Under the pieces are notes generated by a model that was given only the letters and a program-made list of their open reading frames with translations, made no database searches and was not told the DNA's origin. 64,000 nt of DNA from an uncultured bacterium (lineage in GTDB: Bacteria; Planctomycetota; Phycisphaerae; Phycisphaerales; SM1A02). This document shows, one piece after another, positions 36,143 to 46,144 of this stretch (its first letter is position 1; each line of letters opens with the position of its first letter). The position numbers and the translations under genes were made by a program. The stretch is taken from positions 34,363 to 98,362 of the forward strand of contig CAIXJC010000075.1 of assembly GCA_903919715.1 (NCBI GenBank), written 5' to 3'.

Positions 36143-36985
36143 TCAGCGCAGCGCAGCTTCAGCCACGTTGCGCAAGAGCATTGCCACGGTCATCGGACCA
36201 ACTCCGCCTGGAACTGGACTCATCCAACCAGCAACATCTGAAACTTTCGGATCAACATCGCCGACGGTAATCGACTTTCCATCTGCACCAGCGATTCGAT
36301 TGATGCCAACATCGATCACGACGGCGCCTGGTTTAATCCAGTCAGGCTTCACGAGAGATGGCACACCAGCAGCAGCGACGACGACATCCGCTTCTCGCGT
36401 AAGTGCTGACAGATTCATCGTGAACTTATTTGCACTAATCACTGTGGCTTCGGAGCGCATCAATAACACTGCGATTGGCTTGCCAACGATGTTGCTTGCG
36501 CCGACCACCACGCACTTTGCTCCACGCAGTGCGATCCCCGTCGATTCGATCATCTCAAGCACCGCAAGCGCCGTACACGGCACGAGACTTCGGCGGCCGT
36601 ACACCACATTGCCGATATTGGCGGGATTCACTCCCTCAACATCCTTCTCGGGTGCGATCAGCGACTGGACTCGCTCGGTATCAACTCCCGCCGGCAGTGG
36701 CAAATGAAGCATCATCGCCTTGATCGACTCTTCTGTGTTCATCAGCAGTATGCGGCCAGCAATATCGCTGTAATCAGAAGACGACGGCAGCGTGTGCAAG
36801 TGATATTCAATCCCAGCCTCGGCACAAGTCTTGGCTTGATTTTGAGCATAAATCGAAGCGGCACGATCATCTCCCACCAAGACCGCATCCAATCGAACGC
36901 TTCGACGAGCATTTTCGATTTGACTTCGAATCTCGCTTCGAACTTGAGCGCCGATTGCTTTTCCGTCGATCACTTTGGCGGGCAT
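36143..36985 (-). CDS. folD: bifunctional methylenetetrahydrofolate dehydrogenase / methenyltetrahydrofolate cyclohydrolase
   Basis: MPAKVIDGKAIGAQVRSEI..., VVVGASNIVGKPIAVLL and PVPGGVGPMTVAMLL are FolD signatures. Confidence 0.95.
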   Translation of the reverse strand: MPAKVIDGKAIGAQVRSEIRSQIENARRSVRLDAVLVGDDRAASIYAQNQAKTCAEAGIEYHLHTLPSSSDYSDIAGRILLMNTEESIKAMMLHLPLPAGVDTERVQSLIAPEKDVEGVNPANIGNVVYGRRSLVPCTALAVLEMIESTGIALRGAKCVVVGASNIVGKPIAVLLMRSEATVISANKFTMNLSALTREADVVVAAAGVPSLVKPDWIKPGAVVIDVGINRIAGADGKSITVGDVDPKVSDVAGWMSPVPGGVGPMTVAMLLRNVAEAALR

Positions 36986-37053
36986 GTGGGGAAAGGTATC
37001 CCGTCCGCTATCCTCCTGTTGGTCTCGATTTCAAATTCTTCAGGAGAAAATCA

Positions 37054-38187
37054 ATGCTCACTCTCATTCTCGCCACAACACTGGCGCTACCACAGTCCGT
37101 CCCAACTGCGAAACCCGATGCCGTTCCCGCTGCGAAGGGGACTGCTGCGCCGAAAAAGGTTACGCCAGAACCGCAAGAGCCAACGATGTTCCCTGGTTCT
37201 CCAGCACCATTTCCTGCAATCGAAAATTTCGTCAAGGGCGATTCAATTTCTGGATTCGAACCGAACAAGGTTTATGTTGTTGAATTCTGGGCGACATGGT
37301 GCGGACCATGCAAGGCTGGAATGCCCCACCTCTCCGAAGTGCAGCACATGTATGCAGACAAGAGTGTTCAAGTCATCGGCATCAGCGATGAAAAACTAGA
37401 CGTCGTCAAGAAGTTCCTTGACGCTCCAGAATGGGCCGAGAAGACGAAGTACACGCTTTGCGCGGATCCTGATCGCTCGTCGTACAACCAATACATGAAG
37501 CCTGCGATGCAGAATGGAATTCCATGTGCGTTCATCGTGAAAAATTCGGTCGTTCAGTGGATCGGACATCCGATGACCATGGACGAACCGATTGCAGCGA
37601 TCGTTGCGGGAACTTGGGATATCGCAAAGGCGAAGGATTCATTCATGGGAGCAGCACAAGCGAGCAAAGTGCAACGAAGAATGTCTGCACTCCTTCGTGA
37701 AGCGCAAACAACCAAGGAATATGGACCATTCTTGGGAATGCTCGATGAGGCAATCGCAAAGGCAACTCCAGACGAAGCAATGGGTCTGGAATTGCAGAAG
37801 TTTCAGATCCTCCTTGGCGGAGCCGATCAACCAGAAGCCGCATACGTCGTCGGGAAAAAAGTAGTTGCTGCTCTGATCGCAGACAAGAACGCAATGGGCC
37901 TGAATCAGGTCGCATGGTTCGTCCTTGACTCCAAGACGGTCAAGACCAGAGACATTGCATTCGCCCTCAATGCTGCGCAAGCTGCTGCGACGGCAAGTGA
38001 CGGCAAAGATGGAGCGATTCTCGACACACTTGCCCGTGCGTATTGGGACTCGGCAAATCAGAAACTTGCGATCGAAACGCAAAAGTCGGCGATCGACAAA
38101 ACTCCAGCGGGACCGATGCTTGATGAGATGAAAGTCACTCTCAAGAAGTACGAAACAGGATCGCCAGGAAACGGAAAAGCGATCTGA
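37054..38187 (+). CDS. secreted thioredoxin-fold (TlpA/redoxin-like) protein with a helical C-terminal domain
   Basis: Signal peptide MLTLILATTLALPQS, then VYVVEFWATWCGPCKAGMPHL (WCGPC active site). ATG 37054 is preceded by caggag. Confidence 0.8.
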   Translation: MLTLILATTLALPQSVPTAKPDAVPAAKGTAAPKKVTPEPQEPTMFPGSPAPFPAIENFVKGDSISGFEPNKVYVVEFWATWCGPCKAGMPHLSEVQHMYADKSVQVIGISDEKLDVVKKFLDAPEWAEKTKYTLCADPDRSSYNQYMKPAMQNGIPCAFIVKNSVVQWIGHPMTMDEPIAAIVAGTWDIAKAKDSFMGAAQASKVQRRMSALLREAQTTKEYGPFLGMLDEAIAKATPDEAMGLELQKFQILLGGADQPEAAYVVGKKVVAALIADKNAMGLNQVAWFVLDSKTVKTRDIAFALNAAQAAATASDGKDGAILDTLARAYWDSANQKLAIETQKSAIDKTPAGPMLDEMKVTLKKYETGSPGNGKAI

Positions 38188-38193
38188 AACGCG

Positions 38194-39285
38194 TCAACCG
38201 ATTTCGACTTCACGGTTGAGATTGGAACTTTCGTACACCGCATCAATCACTGCTTGTAAAGAACGCCCTTGCGCCCCCGTGGCGAAGGGCGTTTTTCCTT
38301 GCATCACCATTGCTTGAAAATGTCGGTACTGCTGATCCCATGCTTGATCCATCGGATTCGTCGCATCGAATTGCGGCTTGATGTCAACCAACATCCCCTG
38401 CTCTTCCGTGGCGATCGCAACGTCCTTGCCAAAGATGTCAAAGTGTGTTCCTGCATGTGAACCCCAAATTGAAATCCCGTCCTTGATCGATCCTTCTGGA
38501 ATATTTGCCGCCCATGTGACATTGACTTCGATGGTCAATCCTCCCGCGCATCGAATGAGCGCTGTCGCTCCATCTTCGACATCGAAAATGCCGTCGATCT
38601 TCGGCGGTCCAGCCCACATCGATGTGTATCGATACTCGCCGATGGGATGGCCGAACTTGGACCAAGTCGCACCGCTTACACGTTCTACTTTGGGGTGCCC
38701 CGCCAGATGAAGGGCGAGGTCGATGACGTGAACTCCCAGATCGATGAGAGGACCGCCACCAGAATGCTTCTTGTTGGTAAACCAGCCGCCGAGCCCAGGA
38801 ATTCCGCGGCGGCGATAGAGACTTGCTTTGATGTGATAGATCTCGCCAAATCGTCCTGCGTCGATCCACTGCTTCACGGTTAATGCAGCCGGCGATCCTC
38901 GGCAAACAAATCCAATCTGCAACCGCCCTGCACTGGCCGATGCGGCGGCGATAATTTCATCGCACTGCGCCGTGCTGAGCGCCATCGGCTTTTCTAAGAG
39001 CACATGTTTTCCCGCCTTGAGGGCGGCGCATGCGCATTCGCAGTGGCGATCGTTTGGAACGGCGACGACGACTGCATCGACGCCTTTCATTGCCAAGAGT
39101 GCGTCAATACTCGGCGCCGCCTTGCTGCCGAGACCTTCACGACTGCCATGCTCTTGAATCAGGAGCTCCGCGCGTGCGGGCAGAATGTCCCACGCTCCGA
39201 CAATCTTCACGCTAGCACGGCGGGCAGCTTGAGCGTGAACATTCCCGATTCCACCACAACCGATGATTCCAAGACCGAACGTCAT
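38194..39285 (-). CDS. Gfo/Idh/MocA-family NAD(P)-dependent oxidoreductase
   Basis: MTFGLGIIGCGGIGNVHAQAA Rossmann N-terminus and the EKPMALS motif. Start taken at 39285. The track ORF extends to 39414, across the divergent gene. Confidence 0.85.
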   Translation of the reverse strand: MTFGLGIIGCGGIGNVHAQAARRASVKIVGAWDILPARAELLIQEHGSREGLGSKAAPSIDALLAMKGVDAVVVAVPNDRHCECACAALKAGKHVLLEKPMALSTAQCDEIIAAASASAGRLQIGFVCRGSPAALTVKQWIDAGRFGEIYHIKASLYRRRGIPGLGGWFTNKKHSGGGPLIDLGVHVIDLALHLAGHPKVERVSGATWSKFGHPIGEYRYTSMWAGPPKIDGIFDVEDGATALIRCAGGLTIEVNVTWAANIPEGSIKDGISIWGSHAGTHFDIFGKDVAIATEEQGMLVDIKPQFDATNPMDQAWDQQYRHFQAMVMQGKTPFATGAQGRSLQAVIDAVYESSNLNREVEIG

Positions 39286-39304
39286 CCCCATAGCATACGA
39301 AACC

Positions 39305-40561
39305 ATGGGATCACCAAGGACAGTTATCGTCGGCGCAGGCATTGTTGGATTGTGCGGCGCATATGAACTCGCCAAGCGTGGAGTCGATGTTGTCGTGCTC
39401 GACCAAAGCGCCACCTTTGACAGCGCATCATGCGGGAACGCTGGACTCTTTTCAATCGGACATTATCCGCTCACCAGACCAGGTGCCTCATGGAGAGGAC
39501 TTCGCTGGATGTTCAACTCATCCAGTCCACTCTGGATTCGACCTAGCCTTTCGCCAGATCTGCTGCGGTGGCTCTGGACGTTTCATCGACATTGCAATGA
39601 TGCACACACCGAACGATGCATGCGCACCCTCGGCGCGATGGGTTGGAGAACGATTCAAGCGCTCGAGGAGATGATCAGTGCTGAATCGATCAACTGTCTT
39701 TACCGCCGTTCAGGATGGATGGATCTGATTCTCGACGAGGCAAATCTTGATGCCGCCGCGCGCGAAGGCCGCTCGCTTGCGCCGATGGGGTATCGCACCG
39801 ATCGAATTTCTGGAGCCGAATTGCGTCGACGCGATGGCGCATACCGCGATGAAGTCGCAGGCGCAATTCACTATGTCGACAGCGCAATCATTCACCCAGG
39901 CCAACTCGTTCGAGGACTTGCCGATGCGCTACCTCGATATGGCGCAACAATTCGCAAAGGCGTGACAGTCTCTGGGCTCGAGCGAGATGGCGCAGGTAAA
40001 TGCGTCGGCGTACGACTCTCAACTGGCGAAGTTGTGCGCGCAGAGACGGTCGTGCTCGCCGCTGGAATTTGGTCGAGCGAACTTGCAAAATCTGCGGGGA
40101 TCTCCGTGCCGATGCAACCAGCACGGGGATATCACGTGCAGCTAGAAGGTGTTTCACAATTGCCAGTGACTGGCGGAGTCATGCACGAAACATTTGTCGC
40201 ATACAACCCGATGGGGAATCAATTGCGATTGGCAGGCACGCTTGAGATTGCGCCAACAGGACGACCGTGGATGCGTCGACGACTCAATGCACTCGTCGCT
40301 GGCGCACGCAAATATTTACACGGGATCGACGGTGGTCGCGCCACAGCGGAGTGGGCGGGCTATCGACCATGCACCGCAGATGGGATGCCTGTGATCGGCT
40401 TCGCCAGATCAACGCCTGGCTTGTACATCGCAACCGGACACGCGATGATGGGATTGATGCTCGGTCCGATTACTGGACGGATGATTGCCGCAGATATCTG
40501 TGGCGAATCGCAATCGATTGATCCTGAGATTCTCGGCGCCGTACGACCCGATCGACGCTAA
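39305..40561 (+). CDS. FAD-dependent oxidoreductase (DAO / D-amino-acid dehydrogenase-like family)
   Basis: MGSPRTVIVGAGIVGLCGAYELAKRGVDVVVLD (GxGxxG dinucleotide fold). C-terminal GLYIATGHAMMGLMLGPITG is typical of the DAO family. Confidence 0.85.
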   Translation: MGSPRTVIVGAGIVGLCGAYELAKRGVDVVVLDQSATFDSASCGNAGLFSIGHYPLTRPGASWRGLRWMFNSSSPLWIRPSLSPDLLRWLWTFHRHCNDAHTERCMRTLGAMGWRTIQALEEMISAESINCLYRRSGWMDLILDEANLDAAAREGRSLAPMGYRTDRISGAELRRRDGAYRDEVAGAIHYVDSAIIHPGQLVRGLADALPRYGATIRKGVTVSGLERDGAGKCVGVRLSTGEVVRAETVVLAAGIWSSELAKSAGISVPMQPARGYHVQLEGVSQLPVTGGVMHETFVAYNPMGNQLRLAGTLEIAPTGRPWMRRRLNALVAGARKYLHGIDGGRATAEWAGYRPCTADGMPVIGFARSTPGLYIATGHAMMGLMLGPITGRMIAADICGESQSIDPEILGAVRPDRR

Positions 40562-41463
40562 GTCCGCGCGTCCCACAAACGCGCAGCGCCTCGAACTCCG
40601 CTCGCATCGCCAAAGCGCGCTTGAACAATCGGCGTTTCAAATTGATCAGAGAAAATTCGCGATGCGACCAACGCTGGCGTTCGCTCATACAGCGCCTTCA
40701 CATTGCTGACTCCCCCACCAACGACAATCACGTCAGGATCAATCGTGTTCACGACGACCGCGAGGGCACCGGCAAATCGTTCACACAACAAGTCGATCAC
40801 CTCCGCTGCACTCGGGTCAATTTGGTCGATGCTTCGCTTCTCAATTTGATCCAGCGAACGACGCTCGTTCGTTCGCAGAAAATATTCAGCCTCAAGCGCT
40901 GGTCCCGCCAGAAACTGCTCGATGCAACCCTCTTGTCCGCAGTAACACGGCCGCGCACGACGATCGCTGCGATCTGTGCCAGGCATCGGGCAATGCCCCC
41001 ACTCGCCGCCGATCGCATTGCGTCCAATCAAGATTCTTTGATCGACGATCACGCCCCCGCCGACACCCGTTCCAAGAATGACAGCGAAGACGACTCGACC
41101 ATCGCGTCCCGCACCATCGAGCGCCTCACTCAATGCGAGACAGTTTGCATCGTTCGCACCGCGAATTTCACGACCAAGTCGCGACGTGAGATCGCCGATC
41201 AGATCACGGCCGTTGAGACATGTCGAATTGGCGTTGCGATGCGTTCCAGAATTTGGCGAGACACTCCCGGGATAACCGATCCCGACGGTGCCGATCTCGC
41301 CAACCTCCTTCTCGATCGATCCGACCAACGCGACGATCTCTGAGATTGTGGCGGAATAATCGCCTTGTGGAGTGGCGACGCGTCGACGCAGAATTTCCTT
41401 CCCATCATCGCTCATTGCGCAGGCAGCAATTTTTGTTCCGCCAAGATCGATTCCAATTCGCAT
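40558..41463 (-). CDS. ROK-family sugar kinase (glucokinase / N-acetylglucosamine kinase-like)
   Basis: MRIGIDLGGTKIAA, GGEWGH and the zinc motif CYCGQEGCIEQF. Confidence 0.85.
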   Translation of the reverse strand: MRIGIDLGGTKIAACAMSDDGKEILRRRVATPQGDYSATISEIVALVGSIEKEVGEIGTVGIGYPGSVSPNSGTHRNANSTCLNGRDLIGDLTSRLGREIRGANDANCLALSEALDGAGRDGRVVFAVILGTGVGGGVIVDQRILIGRNAIGGEWGHCPMPGTDRSDRRARPCYCGQEGCIEQFLAGPALEAEYFLRTNERRSLDQIEKRSIDQIDPSAAEVIDLLCERFAGALAVVVNTIDPDVIVVGGGVSNVKALYERTPALVASRIFSDQFETPIVQARFGDASGVRGAARLWDART

Positions 41464-41476
41464 CACGTCTGCGCCC

Positions 41477-42430
41477 TTACTGCTGCACCGCAAGCGATCG
41501 AACAATTGTGTCAATCACCGCGGCGCCCAAGCGAGCCGTGCGTCCGCCAATATCCAACGTCGGGGCGCACTCAGCGACTTCAATGCCGGCGACTTTTCCG
41601 CTCGCGGCAATGCGGCGGAGGATCATGCGAAAGGTTGCATCAGGAGCGATTCCCATTGGCGATGGAGCGCTCACTCCCGGCGATGCAGCGGCGCTAAAAA
41701 CATCCAAGTCAATACTCAAGCAGACGAGATCCACGACCGAAAGAAATCGGTCGATCAATTGCAGGAGCGACGCTTCTTGATTTGGATGAAATGCGTCAGC
41801 ATCCACCAGTTGCGCTCCTGCTGCGGATGCCGCATGAATAAGTGCGGGAGTATTGTGAGGCGGCTGCATACCAAGCAGCATGTACTTGAATGGTCGCCCA
41901 TGCGCTGCGCTCCATGCGTTCACTTGAAAATATGGCGTCCCTGAATGCGCACGTCCAGAGTGGAACTCTCGCATATCGATATGTGCGTCGAAGTTGATGC
42001 ATCCAACCACCGCCCCATCCGCTGCGGCGCGAACGGTGCCAAGCCAGTGACCAAAGGCTTGATCATGACCTCCACCAAGAATCAGCGGGATGCCGCCCCC
42101 TGCTCGAACTGCTGCGACGGCTGCGGCTAATGCTTGCTGCCAACTTTCCACATCATCCCCCGCGCCGAGTGCATCGCCAGCATCCAACAGCGCATGCGTT
42201 GTTGGAGCGGGCAGATTCGCACACGCTGTGCGAAGTGCGGCGGGACCGTCCGCTGCCCCCGGACGACCAAAGTTCGCACGAACTCCCGCATCCGTTGGAT
42301 AACCGATGACAACAATTGGGCACTTGCGTCCTCGTACACGTGGGGCTGCCTCCCATGGACGAATCACTTGATGCCAGCGCTGCGCAGCTGGATCAGGTCC
42401 GTCATCTCGTCCTCGCCATACCCATGTCAT
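41477..42430 (-). CDS. hutG: formimidoylglutamase (arginase/ureohydrolase family)
   Basis: N-terminal WRGRDDGPDPAAQRWHQVI matches the HutG W.GR.D...R.hQ pattern. Metal ligand motifs GGGHDQAFG, NFDAHIDMR, SIDLDVF. Confidence 0.8.
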   Translation of the reverse strand: MTWVWRGRDDGPDPAAQRWHQVIRPWEAAPRVRGRKCPIVVIGYPTDAGVRANFGRPGAADGPAALRTACANLPAPTTHALLDAGDALGAGDDVESWQQALAAAVAAVRAGGGIPLILGGGHDQAFGHWLGTVRAAADGAVVGCINFDAHIDMREFHSGRAHSGTPYFQVNAWSAAHGRPFKYMLLGMQPPHNTPALIHAASAAGAQLVDADAFHPNQEASLLQLIDRFLSVVDLVCLSIDLDVFSAAASPGVSAPSPMGIAPDATFRMILRRIAASGKVAGIEVAECAPTLDIGGRTARLGAAVIDTIVRSLAVQQ

Positions 42431-42456
42431 GACGGATGATCCTACGATGAACTCCT

Positions 42457-44496
42457 ATGAAACGGCGAGCGAAAATCTCTTTGAGAAAAATCACGGCGGA
42501 AGATGTGCGTCAACTTGTGGTTCCCTCCGATCCTCAGATCGATGGCAACGGCGAGAAAATTGCTTTTACGCACAAGGTTGCGAACACCCCAGGGAGTTAC
42601 CGAACAGAAATTTGGATCGCCTTCGCTGATGGAGCCAAACGAGCTCGTCGATTGACGGTCGGACCGCGCGACCGTGCCGCACGCTGGTCGCCTAACGGAC
42701 TCTCTCTTTCATTCGTGCGGGAAGAACCACTCGGTCGTCCGCAAATCATGCTTGCCGAATTGCGCGCAACGAAGTTGACAGCTCCAAAGCAACTAACAAA
42801 ACTGCTCGATGGAACAATTTCAACAATCCGTTGGTCGCCACTGGGCGACGAAATCGCATTCGCGTATCGCCAGACACTGCCCGAACGAACTCCAGCCGCG
42901 GCGCTCGCACGCATCGCCAGCGGACGGAGTAGTCCGCCATTGATCGTCGACGATCCGTGGTACCGACTCGACGGCGATGGAGTCTTTGGTTCCGCACGCT
43001 TTCAACTGCACATCCTGAATATTCGAACCGGTCGATTACGAAAGATCGAACTCGGCGACACGATGGGGACATTTTCATTTGATTGGTCGCCCGATGGTCG
43101 ATCCATCGCCGCCACCGTCAATCGATCTCCTCGCGCGCTGTTCGAACCCTGGAAAACGGAAGTCGTGATCGCCGATGTTCGAACAGGGAAGATCAAGGCT
43201 CTTCATGCGCTGCCTGAAGGACCCAAGAGCGCAGTGACATGGAGTCCAGATGGAACGATGGTTGCATACGCCGGTCGAATCGGTCGATCTGAGATGTACG
43301 CCACTGAAAATCTCGGCTTGTTTGTGCATGACCTTCGAACGAAAGTCACTCGCAATCTGCTCCGTGCTACCGATTTCTGTTTGATGAGCACGACACTTTC
43401 GGACTCGATCGATTCGTCGTTCGCATCGTGGATCCATTGGATGCCGGGCGGTGATTCTCTCATGATGCGAATTGGCTGGCACGGCTCAGGCCATCTCGCG
43501 AGCGCCAGCCTGCGTCACACCATGGTTGTTCTCCATACTCCCCCTGGAGCGGAACATCTTCCGTCAACTCTTTCTCGCAGTGGTGAACGCATTGCACTCA
43601 TTCGATCCGCACCAACAGAGCCGCCAGAAGTATGCGTCGCAGATGTGACGGGCCGAGAATTTCCAGTACGACAAATCACCAACCTCAACAGCGATCTGTG
43701 CGATGAGCTCGACCTCGCAGTTCCAGAAGCGTCTTGGGCGACGGCGAAAGATGGTGCTCAAGTTCACTACTGGACAATGCGTCCACCAAAGTCGATCCGT
43801 GCAGGGCGAAAAACTCCAGGTGTCCTCGAAGTGCATGGAGGACCGCATGCTCAGTATGGCTGGGCGTTTTTCCATGAATTTCAATTACTGGCGGCGGCTG
43901 GATACACAGTGGTCTATGGAAATCCCCGTGGCTCGAAGGGATATGGGCGCAACTTTTGCCAAGCGATACACGGCAATTGGGGCAGTAAAGATTGGATCGA
44001 TGTTCAAGCGATCACTCGTGCGATGCGCCGTGACCGCGCAATCGATTCAGCCCGCATCGGAATCATGGGAGGTTCGTACGGCGGCTTCATGACGCTCTGG
44101 GCGGTCGGTCACTCCAATGACTACTGCGGCTCCATCAGCGATCGATGCGTCTCAAACATCGTCAGCCACTCTGGCAATTCAGACTTTCCTGATGTTCCGG
44201 GGATGTATTGGACGGGATCGGCGTACACGAATCCAAAACATATGTGGAACTCTAGCCCGATTGCAAGTTTTTCCAAGGCTCGCACACCGATGCTGCTCAT
44301 TCACAGTGAAGGCGATCTTCGATGCAACATCGAACAGTCGGAGCAAGTCCATGCTGCGCTTGCGGCGCAGAATGTTCCTGTCCGCTTCGTGCGCTATCCA
44401 CGCGAAACAAGTCACGGAATGAGTCGATCGGGACCGCCTGATTTGCGCATTCACCGCCTTGGCGAAATTCTGGCTTGGTGGAAGAAGATTTTTTAG
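42457..44496 (+). CDS. S9-family serine peptidase (prolyl oligopeptidase / acylaminoacyl-peptidase-like)
   Basis: Beta-propeller N-terminal region with repeated WSPDG/WSPNG motifs. Catalytic domain with GIMGGSYGGFMT, HSEGDLRC and ETSHGMS. Confidence 0.9.
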   Translation: MKRRAKISLRKITAEDVRQLVVPSDPQIDGNGEKIAFTHKVANTPGSYRTEIWIAFADGAKRARRLTVGPRDRAARWSPNGLSLSFVREEPLGRPQIMLAELRATKLTAPKQLTKLLDGTISTIRWSPLGDEIAFAYRQTLPERTPAAALARIASGRSSPPLIVDDPWYRLDGDGVFGSARFQLHILNIRTGRLRKIELGDTMGTFSFDWSPDGRSIAATVNRSPRALFEPWKTEVVIADVRTGKIKALHALPEGPKSAVTWSPDGTMVAYAGRIGRSEMYATENLGLFVHDLRTKVTRNLLRATDFCLMSTTLSDSIDSSFASWIHWMPGGDSLMMRIGWHGSGHLASASLRHTMVVLHTPPGAEHLPSTLSRSGERIALIRSAPTEPPEVCVADVTGREFPVRQITNLNSDLCDELDLAVPEASWATAKDGAQVHYWTMRPPKSIRAGRKTPGVLEVHGGPHAQYGWAFFHEFQLLAAAGYTVVYGNPRGSKGYGRNFCQAIHGNWGSKDWIDVQAITRAMRRDRAIDSARIGIMGGSYGGFMTLWAVGHSNDYCGSISDRCVSNIVSHSGNSDFPDVPGMYWTGSAYTNPKHMWNSSPIASFSKARTPMLLIHSEGDLRCNIEQSEQVHAALAAQNVPVRFVRYPRETSHGMSRSGPPDLRIHRLGEILAWWKKIF

Positions 44497-44619
44497 CGCC
44501 GCAGTGGTGCACGACGGGATGAGTCGCTGAGAGATATGCGGATTGACTCTGTGAAGACTCCGCTGCACATCTGACGTCCTTGCACCGCTTTCGCCATACA
44601 CCGCTCTGTTCAGCCGACG

Positions 44620-45429
44620 CTATTTATCGCCGAAGATGGACTTGATCGCAGCACCCGCACCATCGATTGTTTTCTGAATGGCATCGCCACTGCTATTGAT
44701 AAACGTCTCTGCAGCACTTCCCAAGGTTGATGACGCGCTCGTGAGTCCATTCAATGTGCTCTGAGGGAGTCCCTCGATATTCGCCTGCACAATTGCGACA
44801 AGCAAGTGGCTCATCAGCTGTGTGGTCACCTGCGCTGCGACTTTGCTCATCGGTGTCTTCGTCCCCACATCGTCGATCACGATGTCTGGAATTGTGACGG
44901 CAATGGGTTTGCTGCCAACAAGAGCTGAATCACCCTTGGCGAATACTTTAATGTTGGTCACTCTCAATCGTCGAATCGTCACCGAGCCAGCAGATTTCGT
45001 CGTGTCTGTAGCGGGTGTTGGGGTTGCTGATGGGGTCTTGTCCGTTCCCGCAACATTTGCAGCGACGACTTGCAGATTGACTTGCCCATTCAACTCAACC
45101 AAGTTCACCGTCACGCCGTCAATGTCGAGTGAATCAATCACGATCTCCTTCGACATCAAACCCGAGAGCCCCGCAGTGACCGACGCCGAATCAACACTGA
45201 TCATCGACTCTTCACCAAATCCCGCTGGCTCTGCGATCTTGAGCCCAGAAAGCGATGATTTCCCATCGAGAAGTCCGATGTGGGTTGATCGAACAGTTGT
45301 CGCAACTCCCAGAACTCGTGTGCCGGCAGTTGAGATGACTCGAGATGCGATTGCGTCGAAGAAGAAAGCGGTCGCAAGCACACACGCAACGAACAGCGCG
45401 GCGAGGCCGATTGCGACCTTGCGAACCAT
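44620..45429 (-). CDS. hypothetical membrane-anchored protein (AsmA/DUF748-like beta-rich region?)
   Basis: Start taken at MVRKVAIGLAALFVACVLATAFFF (basic residues plus signal-anchor). The track ORF runs to 45564 but would overlap folE. Repetitive beta-strand-like segments (IDSLDIDGVTVNLVELNGQVNLQ; IRRLRVTNIKVFAKGD). Confidence 0.55.
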   Translation of the reverse strand: MVRKVAIGLAALFVACVLATAFFFDAIASRVISTAGTRVLGVATTVRSTHIGLLDGKSSLSGLKIAEPAGFGEESMISVDSASVTAGLSGLMSKEIVIDSLDIDGVTVNLVELNGQVNLQVVAANVAGTDKTPSATPTPATDTTKSAGSVTIRRLRVTNIKVFAKGDSALVGSKPIAVTIPDIVIDDVGTKTPMSKVAAQVTTQLMSHLLVAIVQANIEGLPQSTLNGLTSASSTLGSAAETFINSSGDAIQKTIDGAGAAIKSIFGDK

Positions 45430-45513
45430 TCGAGAAAGGGAAGGGCGATCGTGTGATTCCACTGAGGTTGGCTTTGTGCGTGACATCGGCATGAAGCCTA
45501 TCATTCTCCCCCA

Positions 45514-46122
45514 ATGCCAAGACCCGAACCAACTGATCCAAAGAGCATCGCGGCGATGGCTCATGTACGCGAGTTGATCTCATTCATCGGCGAAAATCCA
45601 GAGCGTGAGGGACTTGTCGATACTCCCAAGCGAGTGATTCAGGCGATGCAGGAACATTTCATTGGATACACCATGGATCCTGCTGAGGAACTCAGTCGAA
45701 CGTTTTCGGAGATCGAGGGATACGACCAGATGGTGCTGCTGACTGGGATCGACGTCCACAGTCACTGTGAGCATCACATGGTTCCGTTCGTCGGCAAAGC
45801 GCATGTTGCTTACATCCCCAACGGGAAAGTCGTTGGACTATCAAAACTTGCAAAGGTCGTCGAAATCTATTCAAAGCGATTACAGGTTCAAGAAAAACTT
45901 ACGGCGCAAGTCGCCAACGCGATCCAAACACACCTGCAACCACTCGGTGCCGCTGTGGTTATCCAAGCCCGTCATTTCTGCATGTGTTATCGAGGCGTGC
46001 GACAGCCGCATGCGTGGACAACAACGAGCAAACTGACAGGGGTTTTCTTGGAAGATCCTGCGACGCGATCCGAATTCTTGCGACTGATTTCGATCGGCCA
46101 AGCGCCTGCTGCGGGAATGTGA
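45514..46122 (+). CDS. folE: GTP cyclohydrolase I
   Basis: [64 protein letters not shown]. Confidence 0.9.
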   Translation: MPRPEPTDPKSIAAMAHVRELISFIGENPEREGLVDTPKRVIQAMQEHFIGYTMDPAEELSRTFSEIEGYDQMVLLTGIDVHSHCEHHMVPFVGKAHVAYIPNGKVVGLSKLAKVVEIYSKRLQVQEKLTAQVANAIQTHLQPLGAAVVIQARHFCMCYRGVRQPHAWTTTSKLTGVFLEDPATRSEFLRLISIGQAPAAGM

Positions 46123-46144
46123 CCGCGGTCCAGAACAAGATTTT

